The notes beneath the pieces are model-generated. The model was not told the DNA's origin and ran no database searches. It saw only the letters and a program-made list of their open reading frames with translations. The position numbers were made by a program, and so were the translations under genes. A stretch of 64,000 nucleotides of DNA from Clostridia bacterium (GTDB lineage: Bacteria > Bacillota > Clostridia > Christensenellales > Aristaeellaceae), in contig JAZLLT010000050.1 in the NCBI GenBank assembly GCA_045598325.1, forward strand, positions 493-64,492, written 5' to 3'. Below, in pieces: positions 62,516 to 64,000 of the stretch (position 1 is the stretch's first letter; every line of letters starts with the position of its first letter).

Positions 62516-63022
62516 ATGGATATGAACAAAGAGATTCTGGATAAAGCCCTCGCGCTGCTTGAGAATGTGACGCCTCTGCGCACAGACTGCGGGCTCCTCT
62601 GCGGGAACGCCTGCTGTAAAGACAACGGCGACGCAGGCTCCGCCGTGTGGCTACTGCCCGGCGAGGAAGAGACGGATTACCCGTGGGCGGAGGTGACCGA
62701 AACCGTGACGCCCGTCACGGGAACACTCCTCAGGCAGATTTACTGCAAGGGGTTCTGTGCGCGGGAAAAGCGGCCGTTCCTCTGCCGCATCTTCCCGCTT
62801 TCACCCCATTTCAGCATAAAGAAAGGCGTCTGGTCCGTGCGCATGGACAGGCGCGCAGCCGCCCTGTGTCCCCTGTTCATCTGCGGCGGCATCAAGGGTC
62901 TTGACCCGGTCTTCACGGAAACCTGCCGCGAGGCGATCCGTCTGATTGCCGCCAATCCCGAGGGCGAGCAGATTCTGAAGATATTGGAACTAGAGGAAGA
63001 CGCGTTCCGCTTCGAACTGTAA
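62516..63022 (+). CDS. YkgJ-like cysteine-cluster (CxxCxxCC-type) protein
   Basis: ORF trimmed to the ATG at 62516, downstream of the promoter. It contains DCGLLCGNACC and further Cys residues. Confidence 0.6.
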   Translation: MDMNKEILDKALALLENVTPLRTDCGLLCGNACCKDNGDAGSAVWLLPGEEETDYPWAEVTETVTPVTGTLLRQIYCKGFCAREKRPFLCRIFPLSPHFSIKKGVWSVRMDRRAAALCPLFICGGIKGLDPVFTETCREAIRLIAANPEGEQILKILELEEDAFRFEL

Positions 63023-63035
63023 CCGCATAAAAGAA

Positions 63036-63064
63036 AAGTCCGCTCGCGCGGACTTCTTTTTTTA
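63036..63064. terminator. bidirectional intrinsic terminator
   Basis: AAGTCCGC-tcgc-GCGGACTT followed by CTTTTTTT, between convergent genes. Confidence 0.6.
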
Positions 63065-64000
63065 TTTAATACTCAGTTTGTTGGCGATGTTCGTGAACAG
63101 GACCGCCTGCAGTTCTCTGGTCGCGAGACCGTCCTGCTGTTTGAGTCCCATCCTCTGCTGGAGCGTCAGTACCGCCGAGGCAGTAGCCTCATCGTAAACA
63201 CCGCTCGTATAAGCACTGCTTCCGAGGTAGCCGAGCGATACCAGTTTCTTCTGCAGGTTGCTGACCGCCGTGCCCGTGCTGTTGTAGGAAAGGTCCTTAT
63301 AGGACGCGGCGGAGGGCGTCTTGTACTGATACTTGACGGGGGCGTATTCGCAGAACATGATGTCCTGCAGTCCCGCCGTCGCCTTGCCGTCCTGCGTTAG
63401 ACCGATCGCCATCTGGAACAGTTTGACCGCGTCCGTGGTCAGGCTCTTGTAGTTGCCGCCGATGTCGCCGTAGAAGTAGCCCAGTTCTTTGAGACGGGAC
63501 TGGATATCCTTCACATCCTCACCGGTGGCGCCCGTCGCAAGATCGCGGTAGGGATTGCTCACAAGCCCGGGTTCGTCCCACTGCTGCGCGGCTTCGTACA
63601 GTTTCAGTTGGTTTGCCTTGACATAACCCACCTTGCCCGCGCTGTTTTTTATTTCCGCCCATTCGCCGCGGGTGCGCAGCCATGTGACGACGGCGCCGCG
63701 GGAAAGGGTGCCGAGTTTCTTGGATGTATCGGACGCGCTTTCAAAGACGATGAGTTTATCCACATTCACCTGCGCCTGCTTGTTCACGGTAACGGTCTTT
63801 TCCGCCGCCTTCGTGGGCGCGGTGTCGATGTAGGTCAGATCCGCCAGCAGGCAGTAGCCGACAGCGCCGGCCGCGTTTTTCACTTCCGCCCAGATGCCGC
63901 GGGTGCGCAGGACGGTCAGTTCCGTGCCGATTTTGACAGTTGCCATGTCGGCAGGACCGGTGAGCGAGGAGTAGACCGTGGTGGAGGACACGGAAACATA
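63062..64000 (-). CDS. cell-wall-associated protein with two SH3b-like and two peptidoglycan-binding (PG_binding_1-like) repeats; N-terminus outside the window
   Basis: Repeats ...RGIWAEVKNAAGAVGYC.. / ..RGEWAEIKNSAGKVGYV.. and ..LKELGYFYGDIGGNY...LFQMAIGLTQDGKA.. / ..LVSLGYLGSS...LQQRMGLKQQDGLA... The reading frame stays open to the window edge. Confidence 0.7.
   Translation of the reverse strand, partial: YVSVSSTTVYSSLTGPADMATVKIGTELTVLRTRGIWAEVKNAAGAVGYCLLADLTYIDTAPTKAAEKTVTVNKQAQVNVDKLIVFESASDTSKKLGTLSRGAVVTWLRTRGEWAEIKNSAGKVGYVKANQLKLYEAAQQWDEPGLVSNPYRDLATGATGEDVKDIQSRLKELGYFYGDIGGNYKSLTTDAVKLFQMAIGLTQDGKATAGLQDIMFCEYAPVKYQYKTPSAASYKDLSYNSTGTAVSNLQKKLVSLGYLGSSAYTSGVYDEATASAVLTLQQRMGLKQQDGLATRELQAVLFTNIANKLSIK

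Overview
This 64-kb window comes from a fairly high-GC Firmicute. The gene content looks clostridial: a 2x[4Fe-4S] ferredoxin, a YolD/Y-family polymerase cassette, rimO-pgsA-cinA and der-plsY. All family names here were recognised by eye from motifs and gene order. No HMM or BLAST search was run. Positions 1 to about 19.05 kb are the right-hand part of a temperate prophage whose left end lies outside the window. From left to right it carries: (1) a lambda-like head and packaging module on the minus strand (Nu1-like TerS, GpA-type TerL, gpW, lambda-type portal, ClpP-type protease, gpD-like decoration protein, gpE-like capsid); (2) an early and replication module (SSB, DnaD-like initiator with internal iterons, dUTPase, DUF1064, DUF3102, Gp37/Gp68-like radical-SAM-motif protein, and many small Cys-rich ORFs); (3) a divergent cro/cI-like switch with repeated operators; (4) a SWIM-finger protein; (5) a tyrosine integrase; (6) a repeat-rich arm. 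The prophage abuts two tRNA-Ser genes. The rest of the window is chromosome: a Tet(M)/EF-G-like GTPase, cinA/pncC, pgsA, rimO, ftsK, a GH29 fucosidase, a YolD plus Y-family polymerase pair, a serine hydrolase, a TetR regulator, sugar-acid and pectin-type catabolic genes (GH105, FGGY kinase, uxaC, a large GH-like protein), a fumarase / malic enzyme / LDH-like dehydrogenase node, a MATE pump and a ferredoxin. The main candidate for an undescribed system is a tightly coupled operon at 34.67-40.43 kb. It encodes a membrane-anchored transglutaminase-like protein, a PilC/GspF-like platform, four small N-terminally anchored pilin-like proteins without a canonical prepilin motif, a PilT-type ATPase as the only motor, and a SARP/BTAD regulator fused to a degenerate GGDEF-like domain. 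No prepilin peptidase or PilB-type ATPase is present in the window. Other points worth a second look: a consensus promoter followed directly by a terminator ahead of the phage late operon; an iteron plus AT-rich origin candidate inside the replication gene; a candidate antisense sRNA in the phage early operon; a decoration protein fused to a Listeria-Bacteroides-repeat domain; and a Met-codon-rich leader ORF plus terminator in front of a decayed metNIQ-like operon.
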